Positions 1 to 12,039 are shown, counted from the whole stretch's first letter. The stretch: 63,030 bases of DNA, filler included, from Octopus bimaculoides (GCF_001194135.2; 4 parts of 3 records of this genome joined end to end with filler, not necessarily neighbours in it), one strand, 5' to 3'. The notes: generated by a model from the letters alone, not told the origin. Made by a program: numbers and translations.

Positions 1-94
1 TATATATATATATATATATATATGCATATATGGATCTAGATTGCAAGATCATATGTCAATTACAATTTATTCAAATATAGTTCCCCAAGTTCAT

Positions 95-420
95 GTGTAT
101 TAACAGCTGTGGGCGCCATATATACATCAAGTTATGTATGATCAGGTTTGTAATATGTGAATGTCTGTTTAGCTGCATGTAGGCAAATGGGTAATTCTTC
201 AGTGAATTCATTTATAAGCGCTCCTCGGTACATAACTGGTATTTCCGGGATATAGTGTTGTAGGGCCTCGCGTGTCTAAGTATGGATCATGTAAGAACGT
301 ATTTTGTCTTTGCTTCTTTAAGCTTCCAGATCGAATCGGCCTGTGATGTTACATATCGTTTAAGGATATTTCGAAAGCTTGTTGTTTATACACCTGTCTT
401 CGTCTTCTGTTTTTCTGTAA
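95..420 (-). mobile_element. Penelope-like element 3' remnant (GIY-YIG endonuclease C-terminus), pseudogenised
   Basis: Minus-strand translation TTSFRNILKRYVTSQADSIWKLKEAKTKYVLT*SILRHARPYNTISRKYQLCTEERL resembles the PLE endonuclease tail (SFRN..LS.YIW.LK...WSIL..A.PYN..S..C.LC..E). A decayed TGATG..ACAGCTGT motif follows at ~100-130. Confidence 0.75.
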
Positions 421-443
421 ATTTCAACTATATATATACATAC

Positions 444-496
<53 letters not shown>

Positions 497-540
497 NNNN
501 NNNNNNNNNNNNNNNNNNNNNNNNNNNNNNNNNNNNNNNN

Positions 541-587
<47 letters not shown>

Positions 588-1565
588 ATACACAAAGTAT
601 GGGGGTTTAGTTCACAGGTGATCTAAACGATTAGGTACGCTAGGTAAGTGCTAAGCTCACCCCACGAATAACACCCACATACAAACCCCTATGATCATTA
701 ACACATTCCCCTTCTATATCTCTATATCTCTTATTTCTATCTTATATCTTACTTCTCTTCTCTCTACCTTACCTCATCATACCATGAGATAAATATTAAT
801 TCTTTAATTTATCCTTAATTTATTTTTTCAACCTTAACCCAATAAATCCCCTAACTCTAACTCGCACTCAAATAGTTTAACATTCAACTAGCCCTTCCAA
901 TCTCGACTACCTACATACCCATAACCTCCATTGCTAACAATAACTCTACAGCCACTGACCTTAGCCAGAACGGAAACAATCAGTTACTATTAGATTTCCT
1001 CTCCAACAACCTTAGACTTTAAGACCACCACAGACACTTACAACTCTCTTTAAATTCCTTTCATTTTGCACTATCTTTTTACCGTCTTACTCTCCCTCCT
1101 CATCCTCTCTCTTATCTTCTCGGTTACTCCACGCACAGTTCTTAGACACTATACACATATACACCTTACCTTATCCTATAGCCAGTCCTTAAAATCCATC
1201 CCTCACTCTATCTACCTCTCTTTCTATTTATTTTTCTTTTCTTTCCTTTTACCACTCAATAACATTCTGTTATTGAACGCTAATATGTTTGCGTCTTTTT
1301 TTTCTCTGGATGTCTACTATATTAGGATTTTAACCCACATGGATTTACACAGGATTGAACCTAACGACTTACGGTCATGGATCTACGTAGTATTGCACCT
1401 AAGGATTTATGCTCTTGTTTCTATAACCTCGGGAAGTCGAACTATTAACTTTTATGCTTCTTCTTTTTTTTCTTTCTTTCCATCTCCTAATTCTTTTACT
1501 TCCATCTTCTATGTCGTCATCTCATTAATATATATCATTCTTATTTTCCTTATCTTTCCTTATTT

Positions 1566-1621
1566 GTCTCTGATGACGGAATATCTCATACTCAGGGATT
1601 ACCCGGAAACAGCTGTAAGTC
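1566..1621 (+). ncRNA. Type I minimal hammerhead ribozyme motif (PLE-type)
   Basis: CTGATGA 1570-76; stem II CGG 1577-79 / CCG 1603-05; GAAA 1606-09; palindromic stem III ACAGCTGT 1609-16; GTA triplet 1615-17; stem I GTCT/AGTC (3 of 4 pairs). Confidence 0.75.
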
Positions 1622-1750
1622 TTTGAATTTTCTTCCAGTAATAAAATTGTATACGACATGCCTTACCTTAATGTTTGTTGTCGTTTCTGACAATAATATA
1701 TATATACATACATATATATATATATGCATGTATTTATTTATGCATGTTAA

Positions 1751-1797
<47 letters not shown>

Positions 1798-2600
1798 CGT
1801 GTGTCTGTATGTATATATGAATGTATATCACCTAGTATATTTTGGTGGTTTCAACTTGGCTCTGTTTTAAGTTTCCTTCGAATATACTCCTTAAACGTGT
1901 CACTAAACCTAGTTGAAAACGTCAGATTTTTAAAGACTTTATTAGATACAGTTGCGTAACCCTTAAAAGCGATATGGCGGAATATATGTGATGAATTTTA
2001 TCAAACACATTCAGCTTCACAATCTGAAATTTATATTTTTTTTCTCCTCTGATTATTTGATTTATGTTTTATTATTGTTTATTTAATATCTATATTTAGT
2101 TATCGGATTGTCCGCTATATTTCAAAAAGATATTTAGATCGAAATATCATAAAAAATAATATAAGTAAATATACTAAAACTAGAACAAAAAGAATGGGAA
2201 AATAGAAAACTCAGTTTATGGCTTTGAAATATTTGATCAATATAGAAATTGTAAGGAAAATGTTGATTCAATCCATCCATCGCGGATCAAAGAAGGATTC
2301 ATCACTTCAAAGAAGGAAAACAGAAATGTTTGTCATCTGAGGAGAAAAAAGACATCCGCAAGCTAAAAACTTTGAGTGAAAACTGACACGCGATTGGTCA
2401 TATCTGCATCTATGCTATACGTAGATCCGGGATTAAACAACAGTGCTTTTGCATGGTCAGTTGGCCTGCTAGAAATAACAGCCTGTTCCTCATTTGATAC
2501 ATTAGGTTCTTCTGGTAGGAAACGTCACACACAGAGACACAGACATGCCCACACATCTATTTATATATATATACATATACATACATGTGTGTGAGGGTGT

Positions 2601-2767
2601 AGGCGCAGACGTAGCTGTGTGGTAAGCAGATTGCTTCCCAACCAGACGGTTCAGTGTTCAGTCCCACTGCGTGGCATCTTGAGCAAGTGTCTTCTACTAT
2701 AGCCTCGGGCCGACCAGAGTCTTGTAAGTGGGTTTGGAAGATGGAAGCTCGAAAGAAGCCGTCGTAT
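2601..2767 (+). mobile_element. tRNA-derived SINE, family A (head plus body, ends in CA repeat)
   Basis: A-box-like GTAGCTGTGTGGTAAG, B-box-like GTTCAGTCCC, body GAGCAAGTGTCTTCTACTATAGCCTCGGGCCGACC. Related pieces at 9621, 20990, 28790 and 49605. Confidence 0.8.
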
Positions 2768-2807
<40 letters not shown>

Positions 2808-3352
2808 NNNNNNNNNNNNNNNNNNNNNNNNNNNNNNNNNNNNNNNNNNNNNNNNNNNNNNNNNNNNNNNNNNNNNNNNNNNNNNNNNNNNNNNNNNNNN
2901 NNNNNNNNNNNNNNNNNNNNNNNNNNNNNNNNNNNNNNNNNNNNNNNNNNNNNNNNNNNNNNNNNNNNNNNNNNNNNNNNNNNNNNNNNNNNNNNNNNNN
3001 NNNNNNNNNNNNNNNNNNNNNNNNNNNNNNNNNNNNNNNNNNNNNNNNNNNNNNNNNNNNNNNNNNNNNNNNNNNNNNNNNNNNNNNNNNNNNNNNNNNN
3101 NNNNNNNNNNNNNNNNNNNNNNNNNNNNNNNNNNNNNNNNNNNNNNNNNNNNNNNNNNNNNNNNNNNNNNNNNNNNNNNNNNNNNNNNNNNNNNNNNNNN
3201 NNNNNNNNNNNNNNNNNNNNNNNNNNNNNNNNNNNNNNNNNNNNNNNNNNNNNNNNNNNNNNNNNNNNNNNNNNNNNNNNNNNNNNNNNNNNNNCTACAT
3301 CTATCATCATTGCTCTTTTATTTTAACTTTATATAAAATAATAAAATAAATG

Positions 3353-3591
3353 CGCCCTTTTAAAGCCTTGCCAGTCTCATGGGCCCGGTTTCAATGGCGT
3401 ATGTGTTTCCCAGCTTGACGATGACACCAGTCCATCGCAGCGTTACTCATTTTTGCCAGCTGAGTGGACTGGAGCAACGGGAAATGAAGTGTTATGCTCA
3501 AGAACACAACGCGTCGCCCGGTCCAGGAATCAAAACCACAATCTTACGATCATAATGCTGACACCCTAACCACTAGGCCACGCGCCTCCAC
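3353..3591 (-). mobile_element. tRNA-derived SINE, family D
   Basis: Minus strand GGCGCGTGGCCTAGTGGTTAGGGTG...GATTCCTGG tRNA head, then conserved core GTTGTGTTCTTGAGCATAACAC...CCAGTCCACTCAGCTGG shared with 11143-11468. Confidence 0.8.
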
Positions 3592-3755
3592 TTAATTTTG
3601 TATACAATGTATATTTCCCTTACTTTGTATTTTTATGGTGTATACTTACACCTTTTTGCTTTTGCTATTTTTATGTATTTATTTTGTCATTCCAATATAT
3701 GTAAACCCTCACGCTTCGTGTCCGTCTTTGTATTGCCCGCCTCATTCTTCACCCT

Positions 3756-3985
3756 GGTTGCAGAGCTGGCAGAATCCTTAGCACGCCGGGCGACATGCTT
3801 AGCGGTATTTCGTCTGCCACTACATTCTGTGTTCAAATTCCGCCGAGGTTGACTTTGCCTTTCATCTTTTCGGGGTCGATAAACTAATTACCAGCTCAGT
3901 ACTGCGGTCGATGTGATCGACTATCCCTCTCACCCAAATTTCAGACTTTGTTCCTATAGTAGAAAGAATTATTATTATTATTATT
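3756..3985 (+). mobile_element. tRNA-derived SINE with Deu/Nin-like central domain and (ATT)n tail (family C)
   Basis: GAGCTGGCAGAA head, GTTCAAATTCC B-box, GACTTTGCCTTTCATC..GGGGTCGATAAA core, (ATT)n 3968-3985. Confidence 0.8.
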
Positions 3986-4218
3986 GAGTGAGAGAGTAGT
4001 GCATGCCATCAAAGTGACATGGGGGTAAAATATACGAAGACCAGTATACCCATCATGACTACACGTCTGATAAGGGCACACCAGGCACATGCATCACAAC
4101 CATATGTGCGCGACATGGTCATCTCATATCAAGATAAACAGCGCATGACCTCGCAGGTGGGGCCCAGTTAGAATCTTCTTCAGATCCAGTAGCCCATCCC
4201 ACTTAAAAGGTCCCTGAA
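3986..4218 (-). mobile_element. 5'-truncated 3' end of R4/Dong-like LINE inside an (AAT)n array
   Basis: Flanked on both sides by (ATT)n. Its terminus GAGAGTAGTGCATGC..AAAGTGAC matches the 3' terminus (39626-39655) of the RT/RLE-bearing element at 39621-42000. Confidence 0.7.
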
Positions 4219-4237
4219 TATTATTATTATTATTATT

Positions 4238-4282
<45 letters not shown>
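4219..4282. repeat. (ATT)n-(GTT)n compound microsatellite
   Basis: Directly visible. Confidence 0.95.
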
Positions 4283-4899
4283 ATGAAGCTTTTTATCTGC
4301 CAAATATTGGTTTCCATTTAATAGCATTTTCCCCGATATTAACTTATACTTTCTATTATTATGATTATATTTAACACCTTCTCTGATATTTTCCTTGTTT
4401 CATGTTATGTCGCCAATTCATCTGCTTTTTATTTCATAAGTATTCATACGCGTTTTTCTCCTTTATTATTTTTTTCATTATCATTCGCTCTCCCTCCGCA
4501 TCACCCATTCATTACATCCTTCCTTCCAAGCACTTCTTCTTCCGTTTTTCGTCACTTCTACGCATGCTCCATTAATTACATTTTCATTTTTACTCGCTTT
4601 ACAATGTTTCCTACATTTATGGAGTCTTCAGTCGTTCACCATGAGAGACACACATACATAGATGACACAAATATACACGAATACATACAGGTGTAACCAC
4701 GCAGGAACAAATACGGACAAACACACAGACACACACACACACACATAGAAGCAAACACACGCATACACACACACAAGCACACACAAGCATACACAAGCAC
4801 ACACAAGACCTCCGCATGTATGTAAGTATGCGTTTGTGAAGTGGGGTATGTGTGCGCAGCAAGTCAATATTTGAACAAACTCACACATATACACACTTG

Positions 4900-5055
4900 C
4901 TCATGCATTACGTATATACAAACACACTCATACACACGAAGACAAAAGCTGCTATAAAATTGCACACGTTCACACGTATATATTGACAAGTACATATACG
5001 CTGACACAATTTGCATACACATATAAACAATAAACATAAGCAAGCAAACATATAT

Positions 5056-5116
<61 letters not shown>

Positions 5117-5169
5117 NNNNNNNNNNNNNNNNNNNNNNNNNNNNNNNNNNNNNNNNNNNNNNNNNNNNN

Positions 5170-5214
<45 letters not shown>

Positions 5215-5843
5215 TACATGTACGTAGAAATGTATATATACATATTTGAAAGAATAGGTAAATATATACATATACATATACATATATGCGAGAATATATA
5301 TGCATACATATATCTCCTTTCACAGTCATACATACTGATATCCATCACACTCAAACTCATACGATCAGCGAAAAAAGAAATAAAATAAAGCATACATGAC
5401 AAGCAATGTGAAACTTCAAAGACGGCAACTTCATAAGATCGCTGGGCCGTGAAATACAAACTTACAAAACACCTATCAAGTAAGATATATGTACGTGTGA
5501 GTATGTATGTATGTATATATGTATGTATGTATGTGTGTATGTATATATATATGTATATGTATGTATGTGTGAGTATATATATATGTATATATATTGTATG
5601 TATGTATGTATATATATATGAATATATATATATATATACATATATGTGTGTGTATGTATATATGTATATATATATGCATATGTATGCATATGTATATATG
5701 CGTAAGTGTGTGGTGTCTTTGTGTGTTTGTGTGCGCATGTGAGTTTGCAGGCACGCTTGTCATTGTGTGAGTAAGAACATATAAGTGTATGTATATATGA
5801 ATATATATGTAGGTGCGTGTGTGTGTGTACTATGTATATAGAT

Positions 5844-5888
<45 letters not shown>

Positions 5889-5989
5889 TACTCACACACA
5901 CATTTCGATAAATGTTCGAACAAATATATATATATATATATACCAATATGTGTGCATGCATATTCATATATACACATACATACACATAC

Positions 5990-6045
<56 letters not shown>

Positions 6046-6065
6046 GTATGCATGCNNNNNNNNNN

Positions 6066-6108
<43 letters not shown>

Positions 6109-6140
6109 GTATGCATGCATGCTTATATATATATCTAAAC
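4900..6140. repeat. Compound (CA)/(TA)/(TATG) low-complexity block with gaps
   Basis: Directly visible; source of the spurious YI/HT/CV ORFs. Confidence 0.95.
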
Positions 6141-7979
6141 ATATAGATGTATGCATACATATGTATGGGTTTTAATATATATCTGTGCGTTTGTGCATGA
6201 CTGTGTGTGTACGTCTGCGTGCGTGCGTGTGTCTGTGTGTGAGTTGGTGTTTGTATGTGTGTTGGGGAGGTGTGTACGTGTCATAGGCGAACCTTTACCT
6301 GGGTATGTGTATGCGAAATGTGTATGCATGTATGTGTGCGTGTGTTCGCTTCTTTAGGCGTTTATCGCTCGAAACAGATCTGGAACTTTAACAACCATAT
6401 CTTATTATGGCACTCACGCACCTCGTACACATTTACCTGTTTTCATGTATGTATAAGTCAGTGTTTAGGTGAGTGTATATATCAATGCGTATATGTACGA
6501 GAGTATGCACATATGTATACATTGTTTTTAGAAACTCTTTTAATGCTAACAAAGACATACATGCAATTTTAGACACATCCATATGTAGGATTGTACGTCC
6601 ACAAACACTCATACTAATATATATGTGTGCATGTGTATGCGTGTATGTATGTGTGTATTTATGTGTGTGTGTGTGCGGCGTGTGTGTAACAGAGTGTTTG
6701 TATTTGTATGTTTAGGGGTTAGCTCGTTCCATTTATTCTTTCTGTCTAAACAATTTTGTCGCTCTTCTAATATAATGTTATATGCCTTTGATAAGCACTG
6801 TCAGTGAAAAATACCAGACAAAAATTACCTTTGGTTTTATTATTAAAATGCATATGCAGTTCTTCCTACCACTACATACATACATACATACATACATACA
6901 TACATACATACATACATACATACAAATATACATAATTAATTTTATTGAGGAAAGAGTAGTCAAATCANNNNNNNNNNNNNNNNNNNNNNNNNNNNNNNNN
7001 NNNNNNNNNNNNNNNNNNNNNNNNNNNNNNNNNNNNNNNNNNNNNNNNNNNNNNNNNNNNNNNNNNNNNNNNNNNNNNNNNNNNNNNNNNNNNNNNNNNN
7101 NNNNNNNNNNNNNNNNNNNNNNNNNNNNNNNNNNNNNNNNNNNNNNNNNNNNNNNNNNNNNNNNNNNNNNNNNNNNNNNNNNNNNNNNNNNNNNNNNNNN
7201 NNNNNNNNNNNNNNNNNNNNNNNNNNNNNNNNNNNNNNNNNNNNNNNNNNNNNNNNNNNNNNNNNNNNNNNNNNNNNNNNNNNNNNNNNNNNNNNNNNNN
7301 NNNNNNNNNNNNNNNNNNNNNNNNNNNNNNNNNNNNNNNNNNNNNNNNNNNNNNNNNNNNNNNNNNNNNNNNNNNNNNNNNNNNNNNNNNNNNNNNNNNN
7401 NNNNNNNNNNNNNNNNNNNNNNNNNNNNNNNNNNNNNNNNNNNNNNNNNNNNNNNNNNNNNNNNNNNNNNNNNNNCTGGAGTGCAAGCTATGTATTCAAA
7501 GTATAAAAATGAGAATAAGTATCAATGTTTTTGATAACAACCCACATGTTGCGGAATCATGATTTCTAAATAAACTTACAGATATATAAGTAAAGTAAGT
7601 ACCCAAGCCAAAAGCTGATTTTTAAAATTTTTATCACAGAGGTAGATGTCGTACCCACGACCCTTTTTTACAGATTCCTAAATTATTAATGCGAGGAAAC
7701 TAATAAGGTGGCTTTCACACTTTAGACGTGACAGGAATGCTTCAACAGAGGATACCTCACTAGTGGTACGCAAAATGTCAGGTGTTAAACCGGACGACGG
7801 ATAAATCCTATAATCTTGTCTTGAGTTCACCGTGTCAGACTCGTACTCTCTTTATCATTTCCGAAAGAAGGAACAGCAAAGATGATATCCGTGGAATATG
7901 GACTCAGAATACAGTACCAGGATATATACGACCACGTACTTCGTCCAGCCTGGTAGGGAATGCCAACTCGTGGCATAAC

Positions 7980-8041
7980 GCTGTTGTTGTCGCTGTTGTT
8001 GTTGTTGTTGTCGCTGTTGTTGTTGTTGTTGTTGTTGTCGC

Positions 8042-8090
<49 letters not shown>

Positions 8091-8092
8091 GC
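7980..8092. repeat. (GTT)n microsatellite punctuated by GTCGCT
   Basis: GTT tracts of 2, 5, 7 and 16 units separated by GTC-GCT. Confidence 0.95.
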
Positions 8093-8719
8093 TACTGAAG
8101 ATGCTACTTCCATTATTATTGCCCTAATCTTCATGCCATTCCTAATAGAAGACTGTCTATTTTCTCCAGTAGCAGTAATGCGTATCCAGATTAGTCGTGA
8201 CTTTTTGAAAGTATATTACGTAATTCTCGGAAAAATTGGTTGAAATTTCTAGCAGCAGAAGTGGCTACTTAGAGCCTACCTTGTTTTAGAAATTGTTATT
8301 GTGAATTCAAATCGTCTGTATATTTGCTGTTTTTAATTACACTACGCTAATCATGGCACAAGAAATAATCAGTTAAGTTGTGATTAACTAGTTTATTTAT
8401 TGATTTCTGGATCAGCTGAAGTGAACTGCATTCGAAAGAACAATGATGTAAATCGTTCTGGACTTTGCTATCTTTCCCAGTACGTAATGTATTTAGGACT
8501 ACAAATCAAAAGTGTCATTGCACTTTTAAGGTGATACATTGTGAATTGAATAAGATTACGTTGTTTTACTACTAGCTTCTCGAGTGATCGTATTGGCAAT
8601 AGTATACAGCGTTGATACTATACTCATTCACTTGGTGCAGACAAAACATATGAAAACCTATTGTATACTATGAAGTATTTTTACGATATAGAAAATAGTT
8701 AACGATTTTATAAATTCGC

Positions 8720-9250
8720 GTACTCGAAGCATGTCATGACCTCCTTATATGCCATCCTACATCAGATCAATACCGAAGGATTTATTTCATTATGTTGATC
8801 TCAAGACTAACTGCTCTGCATCTCCTGTTATAGCAACTACACATATTCCCGTATGATATTTGCTTTGTAAGTAAACAAGTCACAATCAAGAAGGGAATAT
8901 AACGAATACTTTTATGCCAAAGGGGTTTTTTGGGTTTGAAACAGTTTTCTCAATTTTGTATCAGGGAATTATCTTAAATGGAAAAGGTATTGCATCAACT
9001 GCTCATCAAGCGTGCTCTCATGAACCAATGGGAATTACCTGAAGTAACATATTATTCAATAATACAATCAGCTTTGTCTTTCATCTGGTAAATGCTGCCG
9101 ATTCCAGTGTTAACATGAGGCTTGATGACCTCTGCTGGCATCTGCAAGCACTTGGCAATAATCACCGTCAATTGATTCAGCATATACATGGTATACATTT
9201 ATACATTAGGTAGTTCTGGGAACGACTCGAAAATGGCATGATGCCTTTGG
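8720..9250 (-). pseudogene. Possible highly decayed piggyBac-like transposase fragment
   Basis: Frameshifted minus-strand pieces EQLMQYLFH(L)DNS and KSFGIDL loosely resemble piggyBac RF..LM..LHFNDN and K.GIK motifs; weak. Confidence 0.3.
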
Positions 9251-9620
9251 ACATGCGTTGGTGGTTAGAACTAAATAGACTATCGTAAACAATCTGCTGA
9301 GATAATAAACAATCAATTTTGATGAATCTGTGTACACTAGAATAAATAAAGAAACATATTTTAGTCATCCAGGGAAGAAAGTGTTTTCTCTTATTTTTTT
9401 TTTTTAGTCAGAATTTGGATCAAAACTTTCATATAATAAATCAAAAGATATTCAAATAGCAAATATTTCAAGATAAAATAGATTCGAATTTCCAAAGGAT
9501 TGTGAGAGAATTTTTAATGGACTGAGAGAGAAAAGAGTAACTTAGAGTACCGAAATTGCAAGCTTTTCAGTTAATAGTATATTAAAAATGCGCTAAAGTT
9601 ACATGTTGGCTTCCATAATC

Positions 9621-9730
9621 AAGGTGCCACGCAGTGGCACCTTCAGCAACTAGCTTCTACTGTAGCTTCGGACAACCAAATCCTTGTGAAGAGATTTAAT
9701 AGACGGAAAATGAAAAGAGCCAGTTGTATA
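9621..9730 (+). mobile_element. Family A SINE body, 5'-truncated with a short inverted 5' segment
   Basis: GTGGCACCTTCAGCAACTAGCTTCTACTGTAGC matches the body of 2601-2767; 9621-9637 is the reverse complement of the adjacent body sequence. Confidence 0.65.
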
Positions 9731-10117
9731 TATACATGTATATAAGCAAATTTGTTGTTGAAAATGCACCTAAATTTGAAAAACCTGTAATTGTTTAAAA
9801 TAAATTTATTTACATATATACCAAACTAGAATCAACAATATTTTTTTTGTTTATCAATGGTAAAAAATTAGAATTATGAATTAGAAAAGCATCTTTAAAA
9901 GTTTCAATGTTTACAAGTTTAAATGTTCATTACAGTCAATAGTATTAACACTTTGCGTCAGTTTGTTTGAATGTACAAAGCTCATTAGCGTATATAGTGA
10001 TTGATAAGAACTGGATATCATCAAAGTTTGTTATACTGAGTTAAGAGGGAAAAAAGACAAGGGAGAAATGAAGATAGTAAAAAAAGGGATTTGTTTGCAA
10101 TTTCTGATTCTTATGCT

Positions 10118-10325
10118 TGTGTTTGTGTGCACTTGTGTCAGAGTTTGTCTCTCACCACCGCTTGACAACCGGTGTTGGTGTATTGACAACCCCGTAACAT
10201 AGTGGTTCGGTAAAACAAAGAAATACTAGATTTTAATAAGTAAGCCTTAGGGTCGATTTGCTCGACTAAAACTCTTCAAGGCGATGCCCCAGCATGGCTG
10301 CAGTCACATGAGTGTAACAAGGAAA
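10118..10325 (+). mobile_element. SINE 3' module, family B
   Basis: CGCTTGACAACCGGTG..CCCGTAAC..GTTCGG..GGGTCGATTTGCTCGACTAAA..CCAGCATGGCTGCAGTC, repeated at 11685, 19002, 20800, 27680, 49705, 60672 and 60880. Confidence 0.8.
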
Positions 10326-10619
10326 AAGAAAATATATATACATGCATCATACTCGGTTATTGATTATTTTAAAGAAAATAAATATCTTCTCAGGTTCGGG
10401 AAACTATGGAGATCGTCGGGTAATTTGCTCGACTTATTCACATTCAAACCATACCATGTAAAAAGATATTGTATTATTCTGGTGAGTTATTTTACTTTGA
10501 TATCCCCACCTACACTCTACGACATATTTCAGACGGATGTAAGGTTGAACTATGTCTTAATGTTACGTCATAGCATAAGAGTACAGCCTCAGTTTTGTTA
10601 TTAGATTATTACTCACATG

Positions 10620-10990
10620 ATTGCGCGTCGGTTGCACTCCTCTGCCAGTTCTTTCGATCTGTTGCATAGTTTGGTCTTTTCGCATTGTTCGTGAACACCC
10701 TACAGGTTTTCACGGAAGATTCGATGTTATGTGACACCCATCGTTAGACACATTCTTAACATTCCAGAAATGTAGCAAAACAAAACGACATTTCTATTCT
10801 TTTGATTCTTCTCGCCCTATTACAAATGTTTTGGATCTTCTCGCCTGGCATGCTGCATACCATTGCTGTTCAAAACCAATCAACGAACTTGTATCCCGTC
10901 TCCTGGTAATTTTCATGCATCATCAAATCATGGAGGATTGTATTATCTGATTTGTGGTACTCTGTACTGCATATTCAGACAAATAAGAAA
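10620..10990 (-). mobile_element. RTE-clade LINE 3' coding remnant
   Basis: Minus pieces LNMQYRVPQI, VCSMPGEKI and ATDRKNWQRSA match the RTE C-terminal pattern (L.I.WQDRVPN, HV.RMPD.RIP, A.DR..WR). Confidence 0.55.
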
Positions 10991-11142
10991 TAAAGACACA
11001 AATTTATTAATGTATGGACTAATATTATATTCATGAGCGCAAGAGGGATATTTGTTGTATAGGTATCGAAGCAAGGGAGACAAATTAGTGAACTCCCGAG
11101 ATGGTAATGTACTCACCTAAACATAACAGACATTCTTTAAAG

Positions 11143-11468
11143 GAGCACTTCGTCGGTTACGACGACGAGGGTCCCAGCCAGCTGATACGATCAACGGAAC
11201 AGCTTACTCGTGAAATTAACGTGTAAGTGACTGAGCAATCCACAGACACGTGTACCCCCTAACGTAGTTCTCAGGGAGATTCAGCGTGAAACAGAGTGTG
11301 ACAAGTCCAGCCCTTTGAAATGCAGGTACAACTCATTTTTGCCAGAAGAGTGGACTGGAGCAACGTGAAATAAAGTGTTTTGCTCAAGGACACAACGCGT
11401 CGCCGGGAATTGAACTCACGACCTTACGATCGCGAGGTGAATGTCCTAACCACTAAGCCACGTGCCTT
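11143..11468 (-). mobile_element. tRNA-derived SINE, family D, near full length
   Basis: GGCACGTGGCTTAGTGGTTAGG head, GTGAGTTCAATTCCC B-box, core as at 3353; 3' half shared with 19421-19600. Confidence 0.85.
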
Positions 11469-11684
11469 CTCATATATACTCTACAGTACTCTTTTAAGCA
11501 CAGAAAACACAGAAGGCAAAACATCATAATCAAACAATAAAACATGGGAAATAATAAGAAACAAAAACATCAGGCATTGACACGAAGGTACAATATGGAT
11601 CCAAAAGTGTGACAAGAGGCCAGCAATTTTAGGGGGGAGGGGATACATCGAATTCATCGATCCCAGTGACCATCTTTAATCTTT

Positions 11685-11858
11685 CATCTTTTACTTGTTT
11701 CGTTCACTTCACGGCGGCCATGCTCGAGCACCGCCTTGAAGTGTTTTAGTCGAGCACATAACCACAAAGACATTTTTAAAAACCTAGCATTTATTCTATC
11801 GTTCTCTTTTGCCGAACCGCTAGTGTTGCGGAGACATAAACACACCAACACCGGATGG
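11685..11858 (-). mobile_element. SINE 3' module, family B
   Basis: GCGGCCATGCTCGAGCACCGCC..TTTAGTCGAGCA..TTTGCCGAACCGCTA is the reverse complement of the module. Confidence 0.75.
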
Positions 11859-11859
11859 C

Positions 11860-12039
11860 GAGCGGCATTTCGTCCATTCTTTATGTACTGATTACAAATT
11901 TCACTGAGGTCGGCTTTGCCTTTCATCCCTTCGAGATGAATAAAATAAGTACTTGTTAAGCTCTGGTTTAGCACTAATTAAGATGCAATGGACTGGCCCC
12001 TCTCCCAAAATTTCAAACCTAGTGACTATAGTAGTAAGG

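Noticed and set aside
2376-2594. ORF with YVDPGLNNSAFAW, reminiscent of a RuvC/TnpB-Fanzor DPG motif
   Set aside because: Single short motif with no downstream RuvC II/III residues; the ORF runs into a microsatellite, and another frame gives LLHGQL, so a decayed LINE is equally likely.
2601-2680. tRNA-like sequences (here and at other SINE heads)
   Set aside because: Only A/B boxes are retained, with no complete cloverleaf, and they are followed by SINE bodies.
6000-6120. Apparent direct duplication across a 10-N gap
   Set aside because: The same TA..TGTATGCATGC sequence on both sides of a minimal gap suggests overlapping contig ends.
10394-10419. 26-nt GC-rich stretch between AG and GTAATT
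   Set aside because: The donor side matches the SINE motif GGGT..ATTTGCTCGACT, and the length is not frame-preserving.
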